Shown in pieces: positions 9,380 through 22,552 of a DNA stretch of 33,459 nucleotides; positions within the stretch are counted from its first letter, which is position 1; each line of letters opens with the position of its first letter. The notes beneath the pieces were generated by a model. That model was not told the origin of the DNA. It made no database searches and worked only from the letters and a program-made list of their open reading frames with translations. The position numbers and the translations under genes were made by a program. Source of the stretch: Vicugna vicugna (Eukaryota). The stretch spans positions 6,260,963 through 6,294,421 of the forward strand of contig MU061579.1 of assembly GCA_013265495.1 (NCBI GenBank), given 5' to 3'.

Positions 9380-11620
9380 CAGAGGCACTCACACTCCATC
9401 TTTTAGCAGTTTCTTCTAGAACTTACCTCCCAATTCCTAACTGTTAATTTTCATTTTTCAATATTGATTTCCTCCTATAGGAATAAGCCTTTTGCTCGCA
9501 TACCCACCTGACTCTAACTCATTCTTCCCACACAGGCCTTCTGCACCTATCCTGGTAATGGATTTCTATCACCAGCTTTACTTACATTAATCATGGATAT
9601 TTGCATTATCATGGCCGTGTAAATAGCCTCCATAGAAGAGCTGAACAGTTCACTGTGGGGACGTATCTTTTCCTTCAGAATTTAGTTTTATCAATTGTCT
9701 CATTTTTTTTTCATTTGCTCATCTATCAATAATTCTTCCCCCTAATTTTCTAAGAGTTGCACAATTTCTCCTCAGTTCCACTTTCTCTCCTGCGGGCAGC
9801 CTCTTGGCCACCTCAGAGGATGGCTGTGGTCTGGACTAGGAGCGATCTAGGCCCACAATACTGCTGCTACCCTGGGACGTCACTTTAGGCATTAATTTAC
9901 TTCCTTCCTTTGCTGGAGTTTTCTATTTTCTGACGTTTTTCTTTTGTTAGTCCGTTGCTTTTGGCAAACTACATCCCTTGGTAGCTTCCCAAGAAAACGT
10001 ACACAGGGGGCAAGTTTTTTGATATTTGCATACCTGAAAATGTCCTTTCTTCCTCTGCACACTTTTAAAAATAATGTCTTATTCTTTTTCTTTTCAGTTT
10101 TATTGAAATGATTGACATATAACATTGTGTAAGTTTAATGTATACAGTGTGATACAATCTGATATACTTTTATATTGCAATATGATTACTACCATAGCCT
10201 TAGCTAATACCTCCGTCACATCTCATAATTACCATTTCTTTTTTTCTGTCCCTGCACACTTGAATGAGGCTTTGGGGGGAAAAAGAGAATCCTGAATTAG
10301 AAAGAGGGAAAACTCAGAATATTGAAGTCACAGCTCTATTGCTTTCTGGGCCTCACTGTTACTGTGGAGGAGCCCAGTGCCTTCTGACTTAAATGTGACT
10401 TTTCTCCTCTTTGGAGGCTGTTAGGATCTTTGTTCTTGATGCTTTGAATATTCATGATAGTATGACAAGTTATGATCTTTTAATTTTAATCTACAGCCCT
10501 CTTATCTCTTTCGGTGTGGAGTATCAAGTCCTTCATCTGGGAAATGTCCTTGTATTATTTCCGTGATTCCTTCTTTCTTTCTGTTTTCTTTCTCTAGGAC
10601 TCATTAATTGAAACACCTAGATTGAACCATTAATTTTCTTCATCTTTTTTTTTTTCCTATGGTCTCTTTGTTTTGTTTTGTTTGACCTCCTGGGATATTT
10701 CCTCAACTGTTTCTTTCTACCCAGATACCAGTTTTTTAAAATGTCTGTACTATTTTCATTTCTATGAGGTCTTTCTCATTGTCTGAGTGCATCTTTTCAT
10801 TAGAAAATCTTTTTTTGTTTTGTGGGTGCCTTAGCTTCGCTTATCCCGGACTCTACGAGTGTTAATTATAGATTTATTTGGTATTTTCTCCTCTTTCCTC
10901 TATTGGCTCTATTTTTTTCCAAGTTCTTTGTGTTTGCTTTAGTCTTCTGCATTATATTAGAGGCTTATTTCAAATGCCTGACCCCCTTGACTGTGGTCCC
11001 ACTCCTGCCTGAGACTTCATACTTGCTGGCGCGTATTCTTGGAGCTGAACTGCAGAGCGGAGTGGGCCCTCACTTTTTAAACTCGTAGAATTTCACTTAA
11101 CCCTTATTGAATGGCACTTCCTTCTGGTTCTCCGCTCAGATGGGCCTCCTGCCTGTCTGCTGCAGTTTTTGCATCGGAAACATCTCTGGTTTCTAATGGC
11201 TGAAAGAGAGGCTGTTGCCTGGCTGCTTAGGACAGAGGAGAGGGATATAGAAATCTACCTGCCCCCCCAAACTGAATTCTAACAAAACCTGTTAACAGCC
11301 CCAACTTCACTCCCACTTTCAGAGGTTCTAGCAGAGGGACTAGTTTTCCCTAATTCTTGGGCCCTTCTGAGAGTCCATGGCAAGAACTGGCCTGTTTCCC
11401 ACCATACAGGTACTCTTTTTGCTTGATTCCATCATTTACAACTTATCCATCTGCTTTTGATCTTTCAAAAGTTTGTTGACATCTTTCCTCTGTCTTATTT
11501 TCACCCATTTTCTTTGTCCTTTTGAGTTTATCTATTATTTTATCTTCTTTGGTGGCATTTTAGAAGGAAACAGAAATAGAATATGTATTTAATCTATATT
11601 CTTTAATCAGACATCAAAGC
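9380..11620 (-). mobile_element. Ancient HAL1/L1M 5'/ORF1-region remnant
   Basis: T-rich degenerate L1-type antisense motifs such as gatatttgcatacctgaaaatgtc and gtccttcatctgggaaatgtccttgtattatttc; boundaries approximate. Confidence 0.55.
10065..10251 (-). mobile_element. L1MA-type 3' end inserted into the older L1/HAL1
   Basis: ttttattgaaatgattgacatataacattgtgtaagttt...; flanking direct repeat ctgcacactt at 10055-10064 and 10252-10261. Confidence 0.7.
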
Positions 11621-12157
11621 TTTGATTTTTACCACTTACTTTTCAAGAACATTTAAAAATTGATGTGCACATTGAGAACTCTGATATTTCATTTGTGTTT
11701 TTGCCAGTGCACTAAGTCATCAGGGAAGACAAAAACAAAACAACTATTTCTCCTCTTTTCACTCGTCATTCAGTTGTGTAAGCTTGGTCCAAACAGACAA
11801 AAATGAGACATTCAATAAGAATTTTCAAATGGGGAAAAATTAATCTGGGCTGACTGTGCCAAAGTCTGGTGTCTGCAACTATCCAGGAACTCAAAGGAAA
11901 TGACAAAATCAGATAACAGAACTAAAACTATCACCTCATCATGTCTTAAGCATATGTGACTCTTTCGCTAACATCTGACTTATCCATTGCTCCCCACCAT
12001 GAACTCCATGGAAAGCAGTCCACTTTGTTACATTTCAAAACTTTCTTGTCCTCCCCTCCTATCTCATCAGTAGGCTGTGCTGTCTATGACAAAGTTTTAT
12101 TTCTTCAACTGGTAAACAAGTGACTATTCTACTTACTGGAATTTTCTCTCTACTCAC

Positions 12158-12639
12158 CTTGATACTTCTAATATGAAGAACTGTTGTGTCTTTTCAACCA
12201 CATAATGTTTTATATGAATTCAAGACTGCACACTAATTCCTTTAATGTTAGTGGAAGCACAGACTTCTCAGTAAAGAAAGTAAAAGAAAGTATTAATAGT
12301 CGTAATAACAAGTAGCCACAATGAAGAGGCTGATTCAATGTTAAACCCATCAAGGTGAATTTTTGCAGTTAATGTCAGAAATCTTGATTGCAAATGTCAG
12401 ATCTTTCTGTGGTTAGTGACATCAATTAGTTGAGAACAAGACGCAGGAACATGCAGATGCTTGTTTTAATGAGTAAAGGCAGCGTGGCCTGTGGTAGGTC
12501 TCGCTTTGCAAATATTACATGTTCTTGGGAAGCCAGACTAAGGACAAGTTTAGACTTGAGGGGAGCAAATGTCAATGAGGCTAAGGAGAAATGTTTAGGG
12601 TTTTTTTCCCTTGCCCTGAGAAAGAATTTTCCCACACAT
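12158..12639 (-). pseudogene. Disabled exon-like block (CVGKFFLRAR... / ...HYVVEKTQQFFILEVS)
   Basis: Acceptor tttattcccttctAG|A (12641/12640); donor CAAG|GTGAGT (12157); 5' frame is ORF 12426..12701 -; 3' frame of ~95 codons is broken only by TGA at 12399, 12270 and 12222. Confidence 0.5.
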
Positions 12640-12779
12640 CTAGAAGGGAATAAATGTATATTGGTCCAGTGAGTTAGCATTTCATTATCAGTTTTATTCA
12701 ATACTTAAAATGTACATGGTGTAAATTCCCCACTGATCTCTTCTACTTCCAGGGGTTGTTTCTTCACCTTCTATTGACT

Positions 12780-13720
12780 GATGACATTCAAATATGCCAA
12801 TATTGTTCTGACTCTTCTAAATGTCTAACGTATTTCAAAGAACTGTCCTGAGCTATCTCACACATAACAAATCCAAAACTAACCAAATTATCTACCCATC
12901 AAGACTAGTTTTTTTCCTAAATTCCTTAACTCAATTGTTTTACTATCTATTCAGTCACCTAAACCAAAAATTTCGGTCACATTCCACTACCAAGTACAGT
13001 TCTTAAACCAGTGGCCAATAAATATTTGTCAAATAAATAAATGAATGGATTCCAGTGCTTTCTATCCCTCACCCTCTCAGTCATGATTTAGCAAGTTCTA
13101 GTTACTCTACTTTAAATCCCCTTTCAAAACATCCCCTCCCCTTGCCTCACTGTCGCTGCTCTAATAGAGACCCTCAAATCTCTTAATTCTCACATCTCTA
13201 CCATATAAACCACCTGCATCTCTACAGCACAGATTTGGTTATATTTTTGCTTGGTTCAAAAATATTTAACATCTCTCTTTTGTCACCAAACAAAATGTCA
13301 GCTTCTCCTCCTGACTCCCCATCATTATTAGACAACTCTTGTCACTTCCCCGACTCATAAACCCACCTCTCAAGCCATAGTTTCTGGTTTTTGATCACGT
13401 GGTGTCATTTCAGGCCTCCCTTACTTTGATCATATTATTTCCTATGTTGGAAAGTTCCTCCCCTCTCTTGGCAAGCTGGCTCAAATCCCACTCATCCTTT
13501 AGCCTCCAATTTAAACATCTTCCAGGCCTCTAACTGGAATGAATTTTTTACTCCTCAAAGCTGTGGTGAGAGTTTGAATTTATCCTTATGCTCTAGCTTT
13601 TAACACAATCTAAGCTTTTTTTTTTTAATAATCTGTTCATGTGTCTGCCTCTCTCTGAAGTCCTAAAATGCCTTATTCTTAACATGTAGGCAGTGCCTGG
13701 TCCACAATGTTCTAGAATGT
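12780..13720 (+). mobile_element. L2 fragments
   Basis: cacataacaaatccaaaactaacc, caataaatatttgtcaaataaataaatgaatg, actcatcctttagcctccaattt and cagtgcctgg motifs typical of L2. Confidence 0.6.
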
Positions 13721-13877
13721 TCTCAGAATTGGCATCAAATTAAAGCCATATCCACATTATTAAGAGACTTACACACATATTTCAGGAGTTAAAGGCACAG
13801 AGGTTCATGAAAGATAAGATTTCTGCTAGAGAATGAGCCAGCGCCCCGACCCCCAAACTCGCCACCACCCCTCATAC

Positions 13878-14344
13878 CGCTCCTTTCTTTTTCCTTCAGA
13901 CTCTTCAGACCACAAGCAGCCCGGGCAGGACTTAGGCCCGTGGTGGCATCTGTTCTCTAGGATTTGTCCCCTGGGCTTGTGTTTCCCCATCTTCTCTGCC
14001 AGGTGTCACGATCGTGGCTCTCAGAACCCCAGCGCTGATGACGAGACAACACGAGGCCTGCGGGAGGGAAGCCTTCTGGCTCTCCTTGGGAAAACGTTCA
14101 TTTCATTCCAGGACCTTGGAGGGAACGTGAGCCTGCCTGGGGTGTACTGCCCTCTCCCTCTGGTGCGGTGTCCTCCCTTGTTAGAGGAGGGCCTTGAACA
14201 GGAGGAAGCAGGCTGTTCTTGGTTCCCCCCAAGTCTCAAGTCTTGCGTGGCAATGGCTTCATATATAGTGTGTAGACTGAGGGGCCAGCGGTGGTGAGAA
14301 CTTGCTGTACCTGAATTTCCATCATACATGGTGAAGATGCCCTG
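13878..14344 (-). pseudogene. GC-richer exon-like block, MYDGNSGTASS...ALGF*EPRS*HLAEKMG...EGKRKE
   Basis: ACCATG at 14329; one frame to donor GAGCG|GTATGA (13877) with two TGA (14023, 14008); phase 2 matches the 12639 acceptor; NAGNAG acceptor ccAG|CAG| near 14345. Confidence 0.45.
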
Positions 14345-14589
14345 CTGGTTCAGAGAAAGACACTCTTCAGGTTTGCTTTCTTTTAGTGAAGGAGCATTTC
14401 ATCCAATTAGAGAGGAATGATCAGAGAGTAAAGAGGCCAAGGACTTAGCTCCATCTCCCAGGAGACTTGCCAGAGGAGAGGTACTAATTAAACTTACCTA
14501 ACCAGTGCTAATAGACTCTGCTCCAACAGAGGAGGAGTTTTTACATTTAAAAAAATAAAAACATGATAAATATATGCTAATTAGAGAGA

Positions 14590-14760
14590 ATTATCAAGAC
14601 CCCCCACCCCATGAAACCGTATTCATCTTCAAGGATTAACTTATCGCCAATCTTATTTCATCTACACACTACTCTCCAAGCTCCCAGATAACTTTGAAGC
14701 AATTCAGATATCATATTAGTTCATTCATAAGTATTTTTGAGTATCACATAGAATTATTAT
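14590..14760 (-). mobile_element. Old L1M 3' UTR fragment
   Basis: gccaatcttatttcatctacac...ctttgaagcaattcagatatcatatt resembles L1MC/MD 3' end antisense. Confidence 0.5.
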
Positions 14761-15171
14761 TAGCAATACTTTTAAAAGAATTTACCTTTGATTAATACAC
14801 TTCTCATCCTACCACAGAATCCATATTTTGTTGCCTCAGAACTTGACAAGTATATGGGGCTTCCTTCGTACACTGAAGTGTAAGCCTTACAGGGAGAGTG
14901 GGATAGTGTGAGCCAGCTCTGTCCCTGCAGTTGATCTGTTCTGTACACAATTGCAGCCGGGGTGCAGGAATGCCCCTGCTTTGGTCACCTAGTAACTTTT
15001 CACTAGTCAACAAGAAGCTGAACAAACTATTATGTTGCAGGAAAGCACTTGGCTAGCTGACTTGGATCGTCTCCTAGGTTTTAGAAGGAAAAAAACTATC
15101 ACCAAGTTTGAATTTGCTAAACCTTTAGGCTTTGTTGTCAGGAAAGAAACCTTCCACTCTTGGAGTCTAAC

Positions 15172-15442
15172 ATGGATACAGAAGACATAGGCTCAGGTAA
15201 ACTAGGCCAAATACTGAAGCAGATTTGGAGACAAAACCTGATGCTAAAGCAGGCTCTGCTGGGCAGTGACCCTGGTGCAGGGGCTGGTGGGGCCACCTGG
15301 GTAGCCACGGTGGTCTTTCTGGGTCAGGAGCTCAGCAGGGCCCTCCACCAGCTCCTGGAGCACGCTGCAGGCACTCTGCACTCCGCCTGCCAGCAGCTGT
15401 ACGTGCTGCTGGACAAACAGGATCATGGTACCTGGAGACAAG
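15172..15442 (+). CDS. DTHD1: DTHD1 coding exon 1 (MDTEDIGSGKLGQILKQIWRQNLMLKQALLG...DHGTWRQ)
   Basis: ATG in aacATGG context; GC-rich coding-like ORF; donor CAAG|GCAAGT (GC-AG type), phase 1, joins exon 2 as G|AA (Glu). Confidence 0.8.
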
Positions 15443-15499
15443 GCAAGTATTTCTTCTGTTTATTCTTTCTCTAAGAAATATTGATTGATAGCTGCTCTG

Positions 15500-15900
15500 A
15501 GAGGGGGCTAAGGAGCATACAAAGGCTAAGATAGAGTCTCTGTCCACAAGGGGCTAACAATGCAACAGGGGAAATTAGGTAAGACAAATACACGATAATG
15601 CAAGGGACGCTGAGGCCAATTCCATGAAAGATATACAAACGTAGTGGGTTAAGTCTTCTGAAGTGGGTGAGATTCTATTTTTAGAGTGGGGAATTGGGAC
15701 TATCTCTAGAATAAATGCAGTATTTAATCTGAAGCTTAAGGAATAAATAGGATTTAGGCAGCCAGAAATTGGGCACCTGGAAAGGGCATTCCAGACAGAG
15801 GTGTTGTTAGCAGGATCCAAGGTTTAGATGTAGGAAACTATAGGCTTAGTTTGAGACAGAACAAGTAGTTTTTCTATATTGGAATATGGTATTCCATTTT
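15500..15900 (-). mobile_element. L2 fragment
   Basis: gatagagtctctgtccacaagggg, gaaagggcattccagacagagg, typical antisense L2. Confidence 0.55.
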
Positions 15901-16149
15901 CATACTTATTTAAACTTGAACCTATTAATCGCAAAAACACTAGGAAGACTGAGATGGGATGGGATATGGAATTAGACCCCACACACACTAAAAGGGGCGC
16001 AGGTTCTCGGCAATAGGCTGAGTTACGGATACTGAGAAGTACAGTGTGCTGGAAGAATGTGATATCTGATGCATATGATTTTAAACAAGAACAGTTACTC
16101 TAGATAAGAAGATGGGTGGCATCGTGAAATCCAACTCTAAATAATATAC

Positions 16150-16478
16150 TGTCTGCAAAAAGATTATTTACAAAACAGAGACAGACTCACAGATACAGAA
16201 AATAAACTTATGTTTATTATGTTTACCAGCGGGGAAAGTGCGTAGGGAGGGATAAATTGAGAGTTCAAGATTTGTAGACACTAACTAGTATATATAAAAT
16301 AGATTTGAAAAACAAGGTCTTACTGTATAGCACAGGGAACTATATTCAATACCTTGTAATAGCCCATAAAGAAAAAGAGTATGAAAAGGAATATATATGT
16401 ATAAATGAATGACTATGCTGTATATCAGAAATTAACACACATTGTAAATTGACTATACTTCAATAAAAGAAAAAAGAA
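16150..16478 (+). mobile_element. L1 3' end, older cetartiodactyl-type subfamily
   Basis: ttatttacaaaacagagacagactcacagat...actgtatagcacagggaactatattcaatac...gactatacttcAATAAAagaaaaaag. Confidence 0.85.
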
Positions 16479-16999
16479 CCCCCCCCCCAAAAAAAAGACA
16501 CACACAAAAATGATGTCAAGGCAAGTGGGCAGGTCTCATCAATCAGGAATCCAGGGCAGATAGTATTAAGAAATTCAGTCTAGAAGGCAGATAGTGGACA
16601 TCAGGGGAATATATCCAAAAGCGTGTGACCCAGAGACCATCAGCTAGAGTTCATAGATAGGAACTGAATCTCTGGAGAAAACTGAATGTGGTTCTAGGCA
16701 ACATACAAAGACAAATAATTACTCATGAGAAATGAGAAGGACTCAGTTACCAGAAGAGAAGTTCAAAATAAAGACAGGGTCTCAGACATAAGACAAAAAA
16801 CAAGTTGTCAGAACTGGAGGCTGAAAATAAAGTTAGACTAGTGAAAGGATGATTTAGTGATGATTCTGAAAACACTGAACAATCGGGCCTTAAGTGACAT
16901 ATTCCCGAGTTCAGAACTGAATTCTAGAGATTGGAGAGTCGCTAAGCCTGTAGGAAGCCATCAGGTGACTCCAGCTGTGAGGAGAGGAGGGAGGGACAA

Positions 17000-17200
17000 A
17001 TAGGAGAATAACAAGAAATGGGGATGCAGGGAGAGAGTACATCAGATCAGATCATGGTGAGGGCTTATACCAGGGTGATGAGGCTTCACTTGGTTTATTA
17101 GTTCTTGAGTAGCCACTTTCTAATCAGAGAATTGGTATGATAAGAGCTATTCTTTGAAAGACTCATTTGAAAATTGCCAATGATCACAAGCTCAGCAGGA
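17000..17200 (-). mobile_element. L2 fragment
   Basis: cagatcatggtgagggcttata...tgataagagctattctttgaaagactcat resembles antisense L2. Confidence 0.4.
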
Positions 17201-17409
17201 GGAATGGTGTGAACCTAATCCAATCACCATGACAAACAAAGTACTCAATAAAATATACCGTCTTCACCAGCAGAGGTAATGTATCTATGGTATGCCTACT
17301 ACCCAAGTCTCATCTGAAGAGCTCTGCTAAACTTTAGGCAAATAATTATAGATGGATCATTGATAAACTGTATAGTATATCCAAAGAAGAAAACAATTCT
17401 CAAAATCAT

Positions 17410-17545
17410 TCTGAATGAGGAATGATTGAAGATGTTGACTTCAATTGAATAGTATCTTATGGAGGGGGTTATGATACCTGTCTTCAAATGTTCAAAACAT
17501 TTTCACATGCATGAGGAATTAGATTGACTCTTTGCTACTATATTA
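17410..17545 (+). mobile_element. CR1/L3 fragment
   Basis: atgatacctgtcttcaaatgttcaaa...gaggaattagattgactc resembles the CR1/L3 3' region. Confidence 0.45.
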
Positions 17546-17720
17546 AAAGACAACATGTCCCCAACTCCTAGGTGTGTTAAAAAAAAAGTTACAGTTGTAC
17601 AAGTGACTTTTTCTTCAAGAGGGAGAGGGGCTTAAATGCCTGGTAAGGGTCTTTGTAGATTTCTGAATGTATCTCTCCATACCTCATGGCATATCATTGG
17701 AGAAACATAATTTGGTTTAG

Positions 17721-18371
<651 letters not shown>

Positions 18372-18814
18372 TAAGTAAATGCAATGTGAGAGGTGCTTGT
18401 ATATGCTGACTTACAGGCGTGTCTCCACTTGTACATAAAACATAGCTTTTATACATGGATAAAATTTTATATTTACTTTTCAGATCTCCAAAAGATATTA
18501 CATGTCAATAATTCCATGTAAATTAATCCCATAAAAATATATATGGCTGCTATTTCTAATATTGTTTAGTTTCAGTAAACAAACATTAAATGTTTCTTTA
18601 AAGGAAGAAGGAAGTAACTGTGTAATAAAGTAGTCAAAATGAACAATTGTCCAGAATGGACACTTTTCTAAATCACTACTCTTTAGATTATCATAAGAAA
18701 AACTAGGAAGCTGCAGAGTTCAAATATTAAAAGAGAATTTTGTAGCCTCAGATTTATCTTATTTATATCTTCAAATAAATTCCCAGATTCATTTTACTTA
18801 TAAATCATCATGAA

Positions 18815-18985
18815 TTCTTACCCTGTGTCTGGAGAACTCTAGGAGGGCTCATGGATAAGCTTTGGGAAGTTCTTAAAATTGAATGTATATTTTCATACCT
18901 ATTTTATCTCCTTGGGGGTGTTCAGAGCTTTCACCAGGTTCTCAAAGAGCCCATGCCTTCAAAAAAATATGTTGAAATTGACTGA
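18815..18985. mobile_element. Non-autonomous hAT-Charlie (MER-type) DNA transposon remnant
   Basis: agagctttcaccaggttctcaaagagcccatg motif typical of MER112/117-like elements. Confidence 0.4.
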
Positions 18986-19089
18986 TCTATTTAATGAATT
19001 ATCTCCCCTGTACAAAGAAATAATAATCCATACTTGCCAAATAAAATATTCACAAGCCTTACTTTCTTGGTAAAAATAAGAAACTTAGA

Positions 19090-19320
19090 GGGCAATGGGG
19101 AATAGTAATTTAAAAAATCATTGATTTAGGAGTCAGCTTTAAATTTTTCTCTAAAAATATGATATATGAGTTCTATGATCTTGGGCAACTTGTTTTATTT
19201 CTTAGCCTTGTTTTCTTATTTGTAGAAATTGTATATACTTCTTGGAGTAGTTGGGAAGGTCAAATGAAAAAGTCATGTAAAGGGCCTAGCACCTTGTCTC
19301 TTGGCAGATGTTCCCACTTA
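19090..19320 (+). mobile_element. MIR SINE
   Basis: ttgatttaggagtcag, tatgatcttgggcaacttg, catgtaaagggcctagcac. Confidence 0.6.
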
Positions 19321-19459
19321 GCTAAATAACAGTGTGTTGATTTATCTCACCCCCAACAACCCTCACTTTCTCCACCTCCCACACGCTACCTCCTTTCTCT
19401 TAGCCCCTCTGCTCTTTCAGACGTACAATGCCATTTCCAGCACAACATCACAAATGAGT

Positions 19460-19592
19460 CAATGCTCTTAGGCAAGTCATTTTAGTCATTTTGCTCACTT
19501 TAACTTTAGTTATCTCATCTACAAAATGAAAAGGTTGAGCTAGTTTAGCTGTGAGATTCCCTATATGTCTGAAAAAAATCTAATGAATTCTG
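19460..19592 (+). mobile_element. MIR3 fragment
   Basis: ttaggcaagtcattt...tttagttatctcatctacaaaatgaaaaggttgagctag. Confidence 0.5.
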
Positions 19593-20589
19593 CAGATGTC
19601 ACAGAACTACATTTAGTGCATGAAAGACCCCCCTGGTTTGAAAGACATACTGATCTTTTAAAACAACTGTTAGTCAATATGTGGTCACCCATTTCACTTG
19701 AGAAAAACATTCAACACTTTACATCTTCACATTCAGAAATGACTCAAAGCATCAACTAATGAGTCACTGCTGAACCACTCCCTCTGACACCTCCTTTAGG
19801 TGTTCCCTAGTGAGCGATTTCCTCTCTGTGGCATGCAAACCAATTTTGCTTGGCTTGCATGTTTAAGAAGATGACTACTCATTGCGATCCCTCAGGCTAG
19901 GAAGCCATCATACCACAAAAAAGATGAATCTCATAAACAAAACCTAGCTTGGAACCTCTTGTGCATCCTCCCTGGACAGCGTTCTGAAAAAAGCCCCTCT
20001 CTTCTAGGGTAGTTGTCCTAGTGTGTACAAACTCAAAGGGAAACACCACTAGAATAAACCAACATGATCGTTTTAGTGGCTGGACTAGATCTATTTGATT
20101 AGGGCTAGGGGAAATAGAAGCATTTACAGGGTTCCTCGCCCTATTTTGTCTGTCAGCCTTTTGGAAGAATGCATTGAGATGATTGTCCAGGGCACAAGGA
20201 GGGTCATATTTGAAGTTACATAAGACTGGATCATTGTCTCCTCTATTAAACAGTGTATCTCATTTTCTGAAGTACCATCATCACCATTATCAGAGAATAC
20301 TCAGACAGAACCATGTGCTGGGTCATTTTCTATTCCTTCTAAGGTCATGGGTTTAGAATTATAAATACAAATAACTCTCTGCAATTTCAACATTTTTTTT
20401 AGATTTCTAGGCTAGAGGGCACTGTAAAAGTCAATTGACTACTAATTGAAAAATAGTTAAAACCTGATTATTCTACAACTGGGTACTAATGCTGCATTTT
20501 ACAGAGATCCTCTTATTTTTAACACTGCTTACATTTCAATCATTTCACTGGTATGAAATGAGAAGTAGCAAGGAGAAATATAAGGTGGT

Positions 20590-21070
20590 AGTTTTAATGT
20601 AGAGATATAGCATTTATGGAGCACTCATTTTGTGTTAATTCATTATTATAAGAAGTTCAAATATTTTATCTCATTCAATTTTCACACTGTTGTAGATTTA
20701 GTATTAGTTTCAATTTTGTAATGGATAAAGAAACCAGTGTTTTGGAATGATTTGAGGAAGTATGATATTATACTAGGAAGTCTGGGGTTTTGAGTTAAAG
20801 ATGGATGGATTCAGTTACTGATTCTACGACTTACCACCTGTATGATCTTCAGCAAGTTAAATTTTCTAAACCTCAGTTTCCTTACCTGTAAAATGGTACT
20901 GCCTGACTCCATAGTATGAGGGTTAAATGAAATAATGTGTAGCCTAAAACCTGGTTCATAGAGCTAAAATATTAGTTATTTTAATAATAATTATTAATGT
21001 TGAAGGTCAAACAAATAGTAAGGGACTGACCTCAAAATTGAATTCAGTCTGTAAGACTCTAAAATCTTTG
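20590..21070. mobile_element. Plus-strand MIR (~20775-20985) nested in a minus-strand MIR
   Basis: Inner tgtatgatcttcagcaagtta...cctcagtttccttacctgtaaaatgg; outer gcatttatggagcactc...gataaagaaacc and gaaggtcaaacaaatagtaag...gactctaaaatc. Confidence 0.55.
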
Positions 21071-21419
21071 GCAAAGGTGATGGTACAAAAAGCAACAGTA
21101 AAAACAATTGTCAAAATAAGCTTTTGAATTGATTCTTTGAGAATTGTAAGTATTCTAATTACCTTGATGAATCATAAATTCACAGTACTTTTGTACCTTT
21201 CTCAATTTTTCTTAAAAATACAATAAACATCATCATTAGATCTAAGGTGTTTAAACAATTCCAATACTACATATATATATAAATTCAAATATCAAAATTT
21301 ACAAAATTACTCAGGTATTAGGACTTGGTTTATCAAGAAGCTTCCAACAATCTTCAGATTCATATTTTAAGTGAACAAAACTGAGGAATAAGTTGATTGC
21401 TTAAATAATTATAGCAATA

Positions 21420-21690
21420 ACAATAGTAACAAGAGTAACAGTGGCTAACATATACAGTATCTACTATGTGCCAGGCATAGCTTTTTAATTTCTTACCTCA
21501 TAATAGTTCATTTAATTCTCACAGCCTTCCTATGAGATACATATTATTTTATCGTCACTTTACAGTTGAGGAAACTGAAGCACAGAGAGGCTGAGTACCT
21601 TGTCCAAAGTCACAGTCAGTAAGTGGAAGAGTGGGAGTCATAGCAAGACAATATGGGGCTACGACTTGTGCTTCTATGCATTTCGCTGCT
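21420..21690 (-). mobile_element. MIR SINE, near full length
   Basis: gctaacatat...tactatgtgccaggca...tttacagttgaggaaactgaagcacagagagg...cttgtccaaagtcacag. Confidence 0.85.
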
Positions 21691-21721
21691 TAGTCCATAA
21701 CTCAAATAACTGAAACAATGA

Positions 21722-22120
<399 letters not shown>

Positions 22121-22552
22121 TAAATATTACACAGGCTAGTATAGATACAGTTGCTCCACTGGTAACAAATGGAAGGGTTGATTAAGATTTATGCCAGTAA
22201 ATTCGTGCTTTTTTTGTTTTTTCTCCTTGCCGACCATAAAGGTCACAGAGCAGAGCTTATTGGTCAAATTAGGGAATGAAGAACTTAAGTCTAGGGCCCA
22301 TAAAGTGTTATCATTTTGCCTGGGAAGCAAAGCCAACATCATGGTTTAATCAGCTTCAAGCCTTTGACTAGCTTTAGATGAACATTTCTTGTGATGGTCT
22401 AAATTTAAAAATTCTAGAATCTCCAGATGATAGTAGTTTATTTTTATCATTCATGGATTGGAAAAATATGTAAAAAATAAACAATTTGTTTGTGTGTGTG
22501 CCTTGAGATAGTTATTAAGTCTACAAATCATGTTTTTAGTCTGTGCATGGAA

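Larger units (their letters stand above)
109..14344 (-). pseudogene. Candidate decayed multi-exon protein-coding gene (unitary pseudogene) divergent from DTHD1; continues off the left edge; possible remote FRAS1/FREM2 C-terminal-region relative
   Basis: At least five minus-strand blocks bounded by AG...GT with matching phases: 14344/14329-13878 (ends phase 2), 12639-12158 (2->2, one net frameshift), ~3638-3098 (2->2, one net frameshift), 2405-1908 (2->1), 398-109 (1->0). Long reading frames are interrupted mostly by TGA stops and single-base shifts. Confidence 0.6.

Noticed and set aside
13833..14297. 154-aa plus-strand ORF as a separate gene or extra DTHD1 exon
   Set aside because: No recognisable homology or supporting plus-strand splice chain; better explained as the GC-rich antisense shadow of the minus-strand exon-like block, though not strictly excluded.
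15244..15547. Minus-strand ORFs over DTHD1 exon 1
   Set aside because: Antisense shadows of a GC-rich coding exon.
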